64,000 nucleotides of DNA from an uncultured Candidatus Woesearchaeota archaeon (GTDB lineage: Archaea > Nanobdellota > Nanobdellia > Woesearchaeales > UBA525): NCBI GenBank assembly GCA_963724455.1, contig CAVRUV010000042.1, positions 2,468 to 66,467 on the forward strand, in the 5' to 3' direction. Position 1 is the first letter of the stretch. Every line of letters starts with the position of its first letter. Below the pieces are notes generated by a model. It was not told the DNA's origin. It made no database searches and worked only from the letters and a program-made list of their open reading frames with translations. Positions 10,050-19,689 of the stretch are shown in pieces. A program made the position numbers and the translations under genes.

Positions 10050-12152
10050 CTAGGTGGATGCACGTGAATCTTTATGCGCATTTGAATCAAGTTGGCCAAT
10101 ATTCTTATTAACAATACGCGCACCAGTCATCTCGGAAGAGAATTTGATGGTGTGGAATAACCACATCAACTCAGGATAAATAGATTCCTTCTCAGATTCT
10201 ACCAACGCATCATATTTTGAAAGCAAGAACACATATCCTTTCTTTGCTTCCTCCATATCCTGGTATTGCAAAGCGCGCAGTGAATTGATCGATCTAGCGA
10301 ATATCTCGTCATAAAAGCTCATCGAAGTAGTAATAGGTACTTCTTCTACCGGACGAAGTAACTCTTCTTGAGAATACTGGCTCGTAAGGCAAACAAGAGT
10401 GCGCAGTTCTTCAAGAGTTGCAGCTGCAAAGAACAAATCAATCTCAAGATCTGCCTGTTCGATGATTTCGAGCTTTGAAAATACTCCTCGTAAAAGCATG
10501 GTTGTTTCTGGACGCAAATTCAACTCCTTGCATCGTGCATCCAATTCAACTAGATTCATCTCCTCTTTCAATAGAAGTGCTTCAGACAAGTATTGACGAG
10601 TGAGCACTGCAATAGAGCTATACACTGTATTAGCATCCAACTTAACACCTGCTTCAGACGCAAGTAACTGCTCAAAGCCGCGAATACGTTCAAATAATGC
10701 TTTACGCTGCAAAGAATCAAGCAAGATATCCTTGTAAGAACGATGTTTTAACATAAACCCGATCATGGCCATTAATTGCGCAATCTCTGAGCGATAATAT
10801 CTTACGATCCCAGAAACAAGCAAAATGCTCAAGGTTATCATTAAAATAAACCACAAGCTAAGACCAGTACCATCCTCCAACAATGAAGGCTCTTGTACGA
10901 TGGCACAGACGGGGCAAAGACTTCCACCACAATCTACGCCTACCTCATCGCCATTTTGAATACCGTCATTACAAGTCGGTTGATAAATACAACCTTGTTC
11001 AACAGGAGGCAACGTAACATTCGTACCACAAAACCCTAAATCATTGCAAGTACGATATTGAGTGTCATTAAGCCAACATTTTCCCCAAGGAGTGCACAAC
11101 CAATTCTCTTGACAGAATAATGTTTGGTTTTGATAAACGCAAGTCCGTTTGAAATATTTCTCAGGCTCGCAACCTTTCATATCATAGCAACGTTGCCATT
11201 GGTATCCTGTCGGTAGGCATTGCATCCAATCGTCGCACTCCCAAACTGATTTACACATAGGTGATGCTCCGCCACCACTACCACCACTACTACTATCACT
11301 GCCCGAATTACCACCTTGACTACCGCTACAATCGACCTTTACTTCGACTTCATTGCTCTCAGCATACAACCCATAAGGATCGACTGCCATGAATTTTACT
11401 TTTTGTTTTGCAGAACAAATAGTTGAAGTAAATACTACTCGAGAATCAGGCAATATTTCTATTGTAATATCTGAAAAATTTGTGACTGAAAAATTCATTA
11501 TATCCAAATCAGGATCCTTAAAATAATCAGTGAGTTTGAAAGGTGAAATACTCCTGTTAACGGTTATTTTTACTTCAGGAATATTCTTTACAAGATATGG
11601 TCCATCGTTTATATTTGCAATACTAATCGCTAGAAGACCTGTACTAATGCCATTACTGCAATTGGAAGAATCTTGCACTGAAAAATTAAGCGTATAATTG
11701 CCTACATCATCATTTGTGGGAGTGAAATTGAGCACTCCGTTCGCAGTTAGATAAAAAGTCACGTTCTTAGATGAATCAAATCTGTTAGATGCAGTTTTAA
11801 TGAACATAGTGTACACAAAAGTTTGGCCTACATCGCCATCAGTTACATTCAATGCGCAGTAATAGCTAGTATTTTGTATTAATGAACTATTGCAAGGTAT
11901 AACAATGATGGGTGGATGGTTGAAACACATGCCTATATGAGATGTTCTTGTTGTTGCTCTCGCATCTACGATTGTAGACTCTGGTGAATATTTTGATAAT
12001 ATGAAAAACTGCAATAAAAGCGAGAGAATCATGAGCGCTATCACAAGTACAGATAACACCAAAAATGTCGTATTCTTCCTCACGTTACCACTTAACTGTT
12101 TCATCGTCAGGAGATTATATAAAAGTAACGACTGCGAGCTGAAAAGAGGCAT
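10050..12152 (-). CDS. single-pass receptor-like surface protein (cadherin-like domain, Gly/Ser linker, Cys/Trp-rich module, TM, about 250-aa cytoplasmic helical domain)
   Basis: N-terminal TM segment and an INDGPY domain boundary. Two WxCxxWxxC...QxRxCxDxxxC repeats, then CNDGIQNGDEVGVDCGGSLCPVC. A TM segment LSLWFILMITLSILLVSGIV is followed by a helical tail. Confidence 0.7.
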   Translation of the reverse strand: MPLFSSQSLLLYNLLTMKQLSGNVRKNTTFLVLSVLVIALMILSLLLQFFILSKYSPESTIVDARATTRTSHIGMCFNHPPIIVIPCNSSLIQNTSYYCALNVTDGDVGQTFVYTMFIKTASNRFDSSKNVTFYLTANGVLNFTPTNDDVGNYTLNFSVQDSSNCSNGISTGLLAISIANINDGPYLVKNIPEVKITVNRSISPFKLTDYFKDPDLDIMNFSVTNFSDITIEILPDSRVVFTSTICSAKQKVKFMAVDPYGLYAESNEVEVKVDCSGSQGGNSGSDSSSGGSGGGASPMCKSVWECDDWMQCLPTGYQWQRCYDMKGCEPEKYFKRTCVYQNQTLFCQENWLCTPWGKCWLNDTQYRTCNDLGFCGTNVTLPPVEQGCIYQPTCNDGIQNGDEVGVDCGGSLCPVCAIVQEPSLLEDGTGLSLWFILMITLSILLVSGIVRYYRSEIAQLMAMIGFMLKHRSYKDILLDSLQRKALFERIRGFEQLLASEAGVKLDANTVYSSIAVLTRQYLSEALLLKEEMNLVELDARCKELNLRPETTMLLRGVFSKLEIIEQADLEIDLFFAAATLEELRTLVCLTSQYSQEELLRPVEEVPITTSMSFYDEIFARSINSLRALQYQDMEEAKKGYVFLLSKYDALVESEKESIYPELMWLFHTIKFSSEMTGARIVNKNIGQLDSNAHKDSRAST

Positions 12153-12227
12153 TATTAGAAAAACCTTAGAAAAATCAGTATTGTCTACTTATATCCAATA
12201 GAAAACTAAGAAGAAAATCCTAATTAC

Positions 12228-12671
12228 CTACTCCCAGAACATTCTTCTCGTAAAGAACACGGTAACTGTACCATTGTAAACACCAAGAGATGCATTTTGA
12301 GGAACAGTTAAGGTAAAAGTAACCACATTACCCTTTTCATCCACAAATATATCATTCTTATCAGGAACTAACCACGAGGCTAAATATGCAGGATCTACAC
12401 GTATTTTTGCAATAGTCGAGTCATCACTAACAAGCGTGGTTCCACGAGTCGCACTTCCACCCTGCTCTATTTTCCCAAAAGTAAGAACTGTACGGTTCAA
12501 ATCAAAACCAATGTGATTAACTGGCATGACAGTAAAACTCACCTCTTTTTGCTGAACATCATACACATACCAAGATTTTATCAAAAAAGAGGCCACAATA
12601 AAGCAGACAATACTGCCTAAAGAGAATATTACCGCCATCAACAATACTTTTTTGGTATCCATAAAACTCAC
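12228..12671 (-). CDS. small membrane-anchored extracellular protein
   Basis: N-terminal TM segment VLLMAVIFSLGSIVCFIVASFLI followed by a beta-rich domain. Located in the surface cluster. Confidence 0.55.
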   Translation of the reverse strand: MSFMDTKKVLLMAVIFSLGSIVCFIVASFLIKSWYVYDVQQKEVSFTVMPVNHIGFDLNRTVLTFGKIEQGGSATRGTTLVSDDSTIAKIRVDPAYLASWLVPDKNDIFVDEKGNVVTFTLTVPQNASLGVYNGTVTVFFTRRMFWE

Positions 12672-12680
12672 TAATAGGTC

Positions 12681-12743
12681 AACTAATAATATTCACTAAT
12701 AATATTCACTAATAATATTCACTAATATATTCATTAATAATAT
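12681..12743. repeat. 13-bp AT-rich tandem repeat (cactaataatatt, about 5 copies, last two degenerate)
   Basis: Read directly from the sequence. It lies in the gap between 12837..14246 and 12228..12671. Confidence 0.8.
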
Positions 12744-12836
12744 CCTGCCAATATTCTTAAATATTTACAATCACCTATTTCTAAGTATCTATTTGTAAAC
12801 AAGACCTATTTGAAAGCAATATCTATTTGAAAGCAA

Positions 12837-14246
12837 CTATTTTTTTGGTTGTTGCCAATTTTCTTGTACAACAGGCTTCTGAGCAATAGGGGTTGTTGAA
12901 TTTAAGACAGGAGCCTGTGTTTGAGGACGTATTGGTTGTGATTGCGTTGGTTGTATCGGTCGCGTTGAAGGTGATGGTTGTATCGGTCGCGTTGGCTGTG
13001 TTGGTTGTACAGGAGCAACTGGTCGGGTAGCTTGCACTGCAGGACTTGGAGATTTTTTCTTAAGCAGCATAACTATAATCAATATCAAAATGAATATTAA
13101 TATGAGTGCTATGCCGCCGATAATTACATAAATTAACATATCGCCTTCCCACCATTTCTTTTCAGGAACTGGGGGAACAACTACTTCAATGGACGCATTG
13201 AAAGACTCTTTTTTCGCAATATACGTCTTAGAAGCAGGATCGAAATCATTGAATGTGACAGTTATAACTGCATTAATAGTGCCTGGCTTAATAGCCTCTT
13301 CACGATCAAAATAAAGTTCGTATTGAGTTTTTTTAAAAGGAGCGATATTCTGGCTTGCACTTTTCTTAGATTGTGAACCAATTTCTACTTGAGTATAAAC
13401 ATCTCGCAACTCTCTATTCCATTCATTTGATATATTAAACAAGAATTGATTAGTTGTATTGAAAGTGAATTGTGAAGTATACTCTGCTAAGTTTACATGC
13501 AATGTACCGATTTTCAAAATTTCAGTACCTGTATAATTAGAATAACCATCAAAGTGAACAGTAGCATTAACTTGATATTCCCCGCCACGTAATTCTTCAG
13601 TATTCAATTTAGTTGATAATTCTAAAGGACTTCCTGAAGATAAAGAAACTGGCTGTGAATTTGCTGTTGAAATTAACTCTCCATTTTTATAGACACGAAC
13701 TTCTGAAAAAATCGCAGATATATCTTGAGAAGTCCTGCTGACTACAAAAACCGAGACATTTGCATTGAGTCCTTCAGGAACAGGAAGCGCTCTTATTTCC
13801 AAGATATCAATACGCTTATCGGGACTTAATACATGGATGGTGAACTGCAGTCTTGTTGATGCAACAGCAGAAACAGTACCTTGCCCTATGATTACATCTT
13901 GTGCAGCAATATTTATCTTGTAATCTCCAGGTTTTAATTGCTCAGGAAATTTCATATGAATAATTACTTCTCTAGGAGGTCCATCAGGCTGCGGATCTTC
14001 AAGAGTTACATAGTTTGCAATATTATCATCATTAGGAGTTCCTACTGTCGCAGGGTCTCCAGCAGGTGCGCCTAATATTACACGAACAGTTTCTGCATTT
14101 GAAGGATATATCGGGATATTAACAGTAAGTCCTGGAGTAAATGTATACTCTCGCTGAGAAGGTAAATTAGAAAATCCTACAGCAAAAACAGTTGGTAAGA
14201 ACATTAAACTGAGAAAAATAAAAAAAATAAAAGAATAACGCTTCAT
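12837..14246 (-). CDS. secreted Ig-like/CARDB-like surface protein with a C-terminal TM and Pro-rich tail
   Basis: Signal peptide FIFFIFLSLMFLPTVFA and TM segment VIIGGIALILIFILILIIVMLL. The tail has PTQPTRPIQPSPSTRPIQPTQ repeats. Confidence 0.7.
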   Translation of the reverse strand: MKRYSFIFFIFLSLMFLPTVFAVGFSNLPSQREYTFTPGLTVNIPIYPSNAETVRVILGAPAGDPATVGTPNDDNIANYVTLEDPQPDGPPREVIIHMKFPEQLKPGDYKINIAAQDVIIGQGTVSAVASTRLQFTIHVLSPDKRIDILEIRALPVPEGLNANVSVFVVSRTSQDISAIFSEVRVYKNGELISTANSQPVSLSSGSPLELSTKLNTEELRGGEYQVNATVHFDGYSNYTGTEILKIGTLHVNLAEYTSQFTFNTTNQFLFNISNEWNRELRDVYTQVEIGSQSKKSASQNIAPFKKTQYELYFDREEAIKPGTINAVITVTFNDFDPASKTYIAKKESFNASIEVVVPPVPEKKWWEGDMLIYVIIGGIALILIFILILIIVMLLKKKSPSPAVQATRPVAPVQPTQPTRPIQPSPSTRPIQPTQSQPIRPQTQAPVLNSTTPIAQKPVVQENWQQPKK

Positions 14247-14250
14247 AGAC

Positions 14251-14529
14251 TCACTTGGTAATAGTCAGGACTGCTTGTCCGACGGCTTTGTCAACCAACG
14301 GAGGCTTTGGTCCTTCTATAGTGAATCCTACGACTGCAGGTCCATTAGCAGTATCTACATGATTTTCTGTAATTGGAGGCGTCGAAAATGCAGTTCTTAC
14401 ATTAATGAATGCTCCAATTAAAGATACAACTACAACCAAGACTGCTAAAATAAACACTGTCCTTGAGGACAGATCTTCTTTAGCAACCGGTGCTGATGTT
14501 TGTTGTGGTTCCATAATGTCCCTCAGCAA
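14251..14529 (-). CDS. small N-terminally anchored protein
   Basis: 92 aa with TM segment VFILAVLVVVVSLIGAFI. It overlaps the upstream gene by 7 nt and ends 4 nt before the next gene, indicating an operon. Confidence 0.5.
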   Translation of the reverse strand: MLRDIMEPQQTSAPVAKEDLSSRTVFILAVLVVVVSLIGAFINVRTAFSTPPITENHVDTANGPAVVGFTIEGPKPPLVDKAVGQAVLTITK

Positions 14530-15200
14530 CTACCATCATCGCAGGCAACAGCGTAGATATCCACAGTGTGTCCGCCTGTCGATGCAGTCTTTGGAATTGT
14601 TACTGCTAAAGCTGCATAAAATGTATCATTAGTATCTGACGTATTGAACATGTTACAGACACGTACTCCGCTTGAACCATTAGCACCATTGATATTTACT
14701 TCAGTCCAAGTAGAACCATTCATGATAGTTCCGCAGCTGCCAGTCTCATTATTTTTAATAAGGAATTGGAAGCTTGGGGTTGTACCGCCGATAAAATTCG
14801 TTGCGTTCTTAGTAAAGTTAAAAGATACATTTGCAAGGATGTTACCATCATTCTCAATTGTCAGATTTCTTGATGAAATGGTGGTGTTAAAACCAATGCA
14901 ACCAGAAGCAGCTGCGCCAATTGCTGCTGCATCCATAGTACTGTTAATTACACAATTACCAGAAGGAATAGTATCATTAACATAACCAGCGCCAAACTGC
15001 ATAACAGTCAAATCAGTAAATCTGATGCTTAAGCTACTGGTAATACTAAAGTTGGTCTTACCAGTTTCATTTACAGTAACATATCCTATACTGCCGCCGT
15101 ATGAATCGAGCTTACTTAATGTGAAGATAGTTCCGCCTACGGAAATAACCATTGCTACAAGCAATATTAATGCTAGTCCTTTGTTGGATATATCAGTCAT
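14523..15200 (-). CDS. pilin/archaellin-like surface subunit candidate (paralog 1)
   Basis: The track ORF is 14523..15215. Alignment with the paralog favours a start at 15200 (MTDISNKGLALILLVAMVISVGG), a short polar N-terminus plus a hydrophobic helix resembling a class III signal. It has six Cys and ends in CDDGSC. Confidence 0.6.
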   Translation of the reverse strand: MTDISNKGLALILLVAMVISVGGTIFTLSKLDSYGGSIGYVTVNETGKTNFSITSSLSIRFTDLTVMQFGAGYVNDTIPSGNCVINSTMDAAAIGAAASGCIGFNTTISSRNLTIENDGNILANVSFNFTKNATNFIGGTTPSFQFLIKNNETGSCGTIMNGSTWTEVNINGANGSSGVRVCNMFNTSDTNDTFYAALAVTIPKTASTGGHTVDIYAVACDDGSC

Positions 15201-15315
15201 ATTCCACCCTTCCATGTTTTCAGTTTATTATTTTTATTATGAATATTTATTTTATTATTTTTATTATCAGTATTTATATTGTTTTCTATATGTTATATGA
15301 TATATAATTCTAATA

Positions 15316-15990
15316 CTAACAGCTACTGTCATCACAAGCCACTGCATAAATGCTTACTTCGTGACTACCAACAAGTGCAGTTTTAGGAATAGTTAATGCT
15401 AAAGCTGCATAAAAAGTATCATTGGTATCTGAAGTATTAAACATGTTGCAAACACGAATACCGCTAGATCCATTGACACCGTTGATATTTACATCAGTCC
15501 AAGTAGAACCATTAAGGATGTTTCTACAACTACCAGTCTGGTTGTTTACAATGAGGAACTGAAAGCTAGGATTCGTACCACCAATAAATGACGTTGAATT
15601 CTTTGTGAAATTGAATGTTACATTCGCCAAGACATTTCCATCATTCTCAACCGTTAAATTCCTAGACGAGATAGTTGTGTTAAAACCAATGCAACCAGAA
15701 GCAGCTGCACCAATCGCCGCTGCATCCATAGTACTATTAATCACACAAACACCAGAAGGAATCGAATCATTAACATAACCATTACCAAACTGCATAACAG
15801 TCAAATCAGTAAACCTAATGCTTAGCTGATTGCTAATGGTAAAATTAGTCTTACCAGTTTCATTCATAGTAGCATACCCAACAGCCCCACCGCCTTGTAA
15901 CTTGTCAATGGAGTATAATGTACCCGTAACGGATACAATAACTGCAACAAGAAGAAACATTGCTAGACTCTTATTGGAAATATCTGCCAT
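15316..15990 (-). CDS. pilin/archaellin-like surface subunit candidate (paralog 2)
   Basis: MADISNKSLAMFLLVAVIVSVTG. It is near-collinear with 14523..15200, with long identical stretches such as RFTDLTVMQFG, INSTMDAAAIGAAASGCIGFNTTISSRNLT and NMFNTSDTNDTFYAALA. Confidence 0.6.
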   Translation of the reverse strand: MADISNKSLAMFLLVAVIVSVTGTLYSIDKLQGGGAVGYATMNETGKTNFTISNQLSIRFTDLTVMQFGNGYVNDSIPSGVCVINSTMDAAAIGAAASGCIGFNTTISSRNLTVENDGNVLANVTFNFTKNSTSFIGGTNPSFQFLIVNNQTGSCRNILNGSTWTDVNINGVNGSSGIRVCNMFNTSDTNDTFYAALALTIPKTALVGSHEVSIYAVACDDSSC

Positions 15991-16267
15991 ATATGCCCTC
16001 TACCTAATTTAGTATATGATATAGTGATTACTCACCACTACCCAGTATCTCCGGATTATTCTTGTTTATAATTCTTTCTATATCCATAAATTTCAAAATA
16101 TAGTACCCAATATACCAATACTGCAGATATACAACAAAAAATATCAATTAAAAATAACTCAATTAAAACAACAAAATAACTCAATGCGACAAAAATACAA
16201 CCTCAAAAAATAAAATATACATTCAAAAATCACTTAACTTTATACTCCACCTATGCACGAAAGAAAC

Positions 16268-17509
16268 TCAATTTTGAGGAGGAGAAGTATTTCGAGATTT
16301 TATGAATCTGAAGACAATCACTGCTAGGGCGAATAGTACTGCTAAAAGCAACAATAGCATCCACAACATGCTCTGAGAAGAAGCAAGTTTATGTTCGGGC
16401 AAAGGTATACTCATAGTATCCTGAGCTGACCCTGCAACAATTTCTACACGAATACTGCTATTTGCCAAACCAATTTCTGAAGTCTTCAAATATACTCTTT
16501 GATTAAACGTTTGTTGCACTACAACATCTTGTGTCAAGACAGGGTTTTGGTCATCATCATAGTACACATAGAGTTTACCTTGTATTGGACGATTCCAACG
16601 TAATGTGCCGATAACATCAACTGGTTGAATAATGCCTTGCTCAGGAACATACTTCATATCAAGAATATTGACGATTGGTCTTCCTACTACAATTGGTTGC
16701 TGCAACAATAACTCTCGATTCGCATACGGCACGCGTACAACACCAGTATATTCTCCGGGAACAATAGTTCCCTTCCTAGCACCAGAATAGACAATAGATG
16801 CTTTTGAAAAAGATAGTGCTTCAACAACTTCTGGGGCCATATGCAATGTCTCTTTTGTTTGACCGAAATCTTGTATCCTTACCTCAATATCATCAGGAAA
16901 TACTTCGACACTACCAAGATTTTCAAGCACAACAGTTATCTGCGTATCACCAGACCCAGAATCGGTTGTTGCACCCATTGTGCCAGTAAGATACTGTTCA
17001 GGATACGGAACCTTAATTACTAATTGTCCTGCTACAGCAACACTGCCAGTTACAGTACTATTACTGCCGACTTGTTCACCAAACATTATCATTTGGGTAT
17101 GTTCTCCCGGCAAAAGTCCTACTGGCAACATAATATGCCCGACAAATGAACCATCTTCACGCATGGGCTCAAAAGAAATTTCTTGTGCCAGATCTCCTTG
17201 TGCATTAATAGTCAAAGATAAATTAGATACAACTTCATCACGACTTACCGCTCTGAATGTAAAATCATGGAACAACTCGTTTTCATCATACAAAATGACT
17301 ATTTTTCCAGGAGAAATACCAAGAGCGTGGATCTGAGGAGCGCAAAGAACAAATAGCATTAGGATAATAGAAATAATAGAAGTCTTGAAAATAAAATTTG
17401 AAATAAATGATTTTGAACCGTGCAACTTTTTAGCAGATATCTTCAATATAACTGAAGGCATAATCCTGCTTGAAATGCTGTTTATTGGTTTGTTCATATA
17501 ATCACGCAA
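16268..17509 (-). CDS. surface protein with signal/TM at both ends
   Basis: Hydrophobic IISIILMLFVLCAPQIHA followed by GISPGK, and a C-terminal TM segment LWMLLLLLAVLFALAVIVF. The true start may lie internal to the track ORF. Confidence 0.6.
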   Translation of the reverse strand: MRDYMNKPINSISSRIMPSVILKISAKKLHGSKSFISNFIFKTSIISIILMLFVLCAPQIHALGISPGKIVILYDENELFHDFTFRAVSRDEVVSNLSLTINAQGDLAQEISFEPMREDGSFVGHIMLPVGLLPGEHTQMIMFGEQVGSNSTVTGSVAVAGQLVIKVPYPEQYLTGTMGATTDSGSGDTQITVVLENLGSVEVFPDDIEVRIQDFGQTKETLHMAPEVVEALSFSKASIVYSGARKGTIVPGEYTGVVRVPYANRELLLQQPIVVGRPIVNILDMKYVPEQGIIQPVDVIGTLRWNRPIQGKLYVYYDDDQNPVLTQDVVVQQTFNQRVYLKTSEIGLANSSIRVEIVAGSAQDTMSIPLPEHKLASSQSMLWMLLLLLAVLFALAVIVFRFIKSRNTSPPQN

Positions 17510-17550
17510 TTAAATACAATTAGTAAATACAGTTAGTTAAATACAATTAA

Positions 17551-19689
17551 TTATGATGTTGCAAGGAATGTCACGTTTGCAATTTTAGTTCCCGGAGGCT
17601 CGCTTAGCGGAACAGTGATATTGATATCGATGAAAGCAGCATCCGAAGCATCGGAATAATTCAATCTGTTGAACGCAACAGTATATGATGCGTTTACAGG
17701 CGTATAAGTCATAGGTGAATTTGTCGTATTGAATGCGCCTGTTTCATTGAGACGCGCCTTATATTGGAATGCCACATTATTCAACCCTACACTTGAGAAT
17801 AGAGTGGATGAAGGAGTATTATTACCAATAACTGTTACATTAACAAATACATTCCCATCATTTTCTATCCAGAACGGCATCACTACAAGATTAGATGTAT
17901 CAATCGTCTGTCCTATTGAAAGCGCCCCAAAGTTAGTATTGTTATTAACCAACCTAATTGAGGTAACACTAGCCACAGTGAAATTGTATAATGTTGCCCA
18001 AGCACTGCAACCATCTATATCGCATGCTTGCACAGTCCAATTATAATATGAATCAACGCACAATTCACCGAAAGTATAATTTACTGACTGCAAATTTGTT
18101 TGCTGTGTTTGTATAGCACAACTACCGCTCGCATTCAAGTTAAGCGAATAATTCACTTGATCGCCATCACGTTCATCAGCAGCAGTCCAGGTAAAGTTTA
18201 CGAAACGCTCAAAGACCGACTGGTTATTGTTTGCAGGATAAAGCAATGTTACGTTAAGCGGAGGACTGCCAGATATGTTTGTAAGATTAGAATATTTCGT
18301 AGAACCATTTAATCCAGTTGAATCAACCGGAGTAATACTGCAGTTCCATTGATCACCACGACGCAGTTCTGTTCCGTTCATCCAACGATTATTATTGTTG
18401 TATAATGTTTTTACTTCTGATGCTGAAATCGTTCGATTGAATACAATCATCTCACCAAGAGTACCATTAAAAGCATATGAAGAGGAAAATACACCAGTAA
18501 TAATTGAACTTGGTATCATATTATCAAAAGTTCCACCACCAAGTGTTTTAACATCATAATATTGTCCATCAACATAACAAGTAACATTACTGCCACGATA
18601 AATTACAAATACGAGATTATGCCAATTACTATCATTTATGTTTGCACCAGTACAATATAAAAATATATCACCACTAGTATTACTCATATATAACATTGGA
18701 TGAGCCTGATATACTCCGGCACGCCATCCATTATTAGCAGAACTACCAAAAAATGAAAAAATATCTGTAGAATTTGAAATAGAATTTTTCATCCAAGTAC
18801 TTACACTAAAATTTGTATTATTTACATTTATAGCGGGTGAAGTAATTTTAGAAGTGCCATCGGTTGTCATAAATGCACCACCACCATTATTTGCACCAGT
18901 TGGTAAAAATATCATGGATGAACTTACAGTTCCATGGTTTGCATAACCAGATATATCATGTGTATGCGTACCATTAAAGTCCATCGGCAAATTTAGCAAA
19001 GTTATGCTAGTCCCGTTCTTGTACCAGTTGTAGTGCAATGTTACTGCATCTCCATCTGCATCCGTGGTAGATCCATTCTGGCATTCCAGATCATTTCTAG
19101 TGGTTGCCCCAACGTTAGGTGAAATATTTACATACGCGACCACAGGGGGGTTTTGTCCGCCGATTTGACAGCAGACCTTTTGCTTGTATAACCCAAAATC
19201 AGCAACGTGTGAATTTGTAAGATTATTATCAGCCGAATCTGAACTTGCAATGCTCACGACGGGAGAATTACTGCCAGTACAAGCTGTTGTTGGATACTCG
19301 CAAGTGATATTTCCCGAAGTCACATTCAAACATGCATAATTAATGTATCCTGATTGCGTTGCTGCTTGCACGTGCGAATCAGATGTCGCATTCAAGTTGA
19401 GTACCTTTGCGCCATTAATGCAAGAATTGTTCATTGTTCTAAATGAATCAGTCCAGCAGCAAACGCTGTATTGATATGCTCCTCCGGAAAAGTTCGCGAG
19501 TTGCGCGTGAGAGTTGTTAGGCGCAGCACCTGCTTCGGAAGAATTAAGGCGCATCAATAAAGTCTCGTTGTTTGCAAAACAGCTTGTCCTTATCGTGCAG
19601 TTGAATGTTGCTGCATAAACATTTGGCAAAGCTATTGCTAACATGAGAAGGCAGATCACTATAACATAATCTTTTCTTGACATATCCAC
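17551..19689 (-). CDS. secreted LamG/concanavalin-A-like lectin-domain protein
   Basis: Signal peptide VIVICLLMLAIALPNVYA. LamG-like core: FSVSTWMK...WHNLVFVIYRGSNVTCYVDGQYY...FNGTLGEMIVFNRTISASEVKTLY. Three N-terminal SH..(Y)..CC Cys repeats. Confidence 0.7.
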   Translation of the reverse strand: MDMSRKDYVIVICLLMLAIALPNVYAATFNCTIRTSCFANNETLLMRLNSSEAGAAPNNSHAQLANFSGGAYQYSVCCWTDSFRTMNNSCINGAKVLNLNATSDSHVQAATQSGYINYACLNVTSGNITCEYPTTACTGSNSPVVSIASSDSADNNLTNSHVADFGLYKQKVCCQIGGQNPPVVAYVNISPNVGATTRNDLECQNGSTTDADGDAVTLHYNWYKNGTSITLLNLPMDFNGTHTHDISGYANHGTVSSSMIFLPTGANNGGGAFMTTDGTSKITSPAINVNNTNFSVSTWMKNSISNSTDIFSFFGSSANNGWRAGVYQAHPMLYMSNTSGDIFLYCTGANINDSNWHNLVFVIYRGSNVTCYVDGQYYDVKTLGGGTFDNMIPSSIITGVFSSSYAFNGTLGEMIVFNRTISASEVKTLYNNNNRWMNGTELRRGDQWNCSITPVDSTGLNGSTKYSNLTNISGSPPLNVTLLYPANNNQSVFERFVNFTWTAADERDGDQVNYSLNLNASGSCAIQTQQTNLQSVNYTFGELCVDSYYNWTVQACDIDGCSAWATLYNFTVASVTSIRLVNNNTNFGALSIGQTIDTSNLVVMPFWIENDGNVFVNVTVIGNNTPSSTLFSSVGLNNVAFQYKARLNETGAFNTTNSPMTYTPVNASYTVAFNRLNYSDASDAAFIDINITVPLSEPPGTKIANVTFLATS

